DNA of 64,000 nucleotides from Okamejei kenojei (lineage: Eukaryota): positions 25,854,001-25,918,000 of the forward strand of contig CM069162.1 of the NCBI GenBank assembly GCA_035221665.1, in the 5' to 3' direction. Positions 63,124 through 64,000 of the stretch are shown one piece after another. Position 1 is the stretch's first letter, and every line of letters begins with the position of its first letter. The translations under genes and the position numbers were made by a program. The notes below the pieces were generated by a model, which did no database searches, was not told where the DNA came from, and saw nothing but the letters and a program-made list of their open reading frames with translations.

Positions 63124-63505
63124 TGAAATAGGAATAGGAATAGGAACACTTTGTCAGATGTGACTAGGCACAGTGAGATTCTTTGCTTGCATACACAATG
63201 TATACAAATAGCAGCCACCTACAGCGCTGACAAAGTTACAAAGCACGCCAGCTCCCCCTTTTGTCCCCCCCACAGTTTCCCCACGGCGGGTTCCCAGTGT
63301 CCTTTCTTCCCACCCCTCCCCCCCCCCAACAGTTCCCCCATGCCAGGTCCCCATTGTCCTTTGCCCCCCCCCATTGTCCATTGTTCTCCCCCCCCCCCGC
63401 CTCCCTCACGACAGTCACAGTCTCCCCGCGCTGGGTCTTCTATTGTTCTTCCCCTCTCTCTTCACGATAGTCCTCCACGCTCTCATCGACCGTCGACCAT
63501 TAAAT
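63124..63505 (-). mobile_element. Probable non-autonomous retroposon with (TATTCC)n tail and G-rich internal repeats
   Basis: (GGAATA)n microsatellite at the left end, LINE-like tail, then repeated CCCCCCACAGTTCCCC units. Confidence 0.45.
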
Positions 63506-64000
63506 ACTAAATGAGGCATAATAACCTGCCAAAACTAACAAAAGTAAAATAATTACTAAAGAATTACCAATCCTTAAGACCAGGGGTTTTCTTTTTCCAT
63601 TACAGGGATTTAGGGGAGGTTGATGAGAACGTTGAATGTTAGGTGCCCGAACGATACCTTGTAAAGACTCCTTGATTTGGAGAATGCACCATTACTTTGG
63701 AAAAATGTGTATGTCAATTTGCTATTTAAAATAAATGAGAGAAAAACTTGTCACCTTAACATTGAATGTCAAGAAATTACCAGAGACCTTTTGAGTTTCA
63801 GCAGTTTTCCCTATTAATGTGCTGTGAATTCTCACAGTTCTGGGCAAGCAGTCTGTGCAAAGTTTTATGGGGATACACCACTGTACAAGCAAAGGTACTC
63901 CAACTATTGGGAAGCTTTGCGACAGATAGGTGAATAGATATGAGGGTTGGGAGGGGACGCTCTAATAATCAAAATAACCTGGACTGGCTAATGAAGACCA

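Overview
Eukaryotic (vertebrate) genomic DNA, most likely from a cartilaginous fish such as a skate or ray; the taxon is inferred from the repeat families. The window holds two convergent intron-containing genes. On the + strand is a 5-exon, 126-aa prothymosin-alpha/parathymosin-family gene (7662-10586) with a CCAAT/octamer-rich promoter and a CpG-rich first intron. On the - strand is a complete slc45a1 with 8 coding exons (25748-42115, 735 aa). The rest is transposon debris: CR1 and Rex1/Babar LINEs, Penelope-like elements and many short derivatives carrying minimal hammerhead-ribozyme motifs, V-SINE/HE1 SINEs, a palindromic MITE, a Helitron-like element, a solo LTR and non-autonomous retroposons, several of them nested. 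The best leads are: (1) the thymosin gene mixes PTMA-like and PTMS-like features and sits next to slc45a1, so it may be a third paralog lost in mammals; (2) dense hammerhead motifs, including head-to-head pairs; (3) a 1-kb GC-rich non-autonomous retroposon with a LINE-type tail. No prokaryotic system or CRISPR array is present. Comparisons to human sequences are from recall and were not searched.
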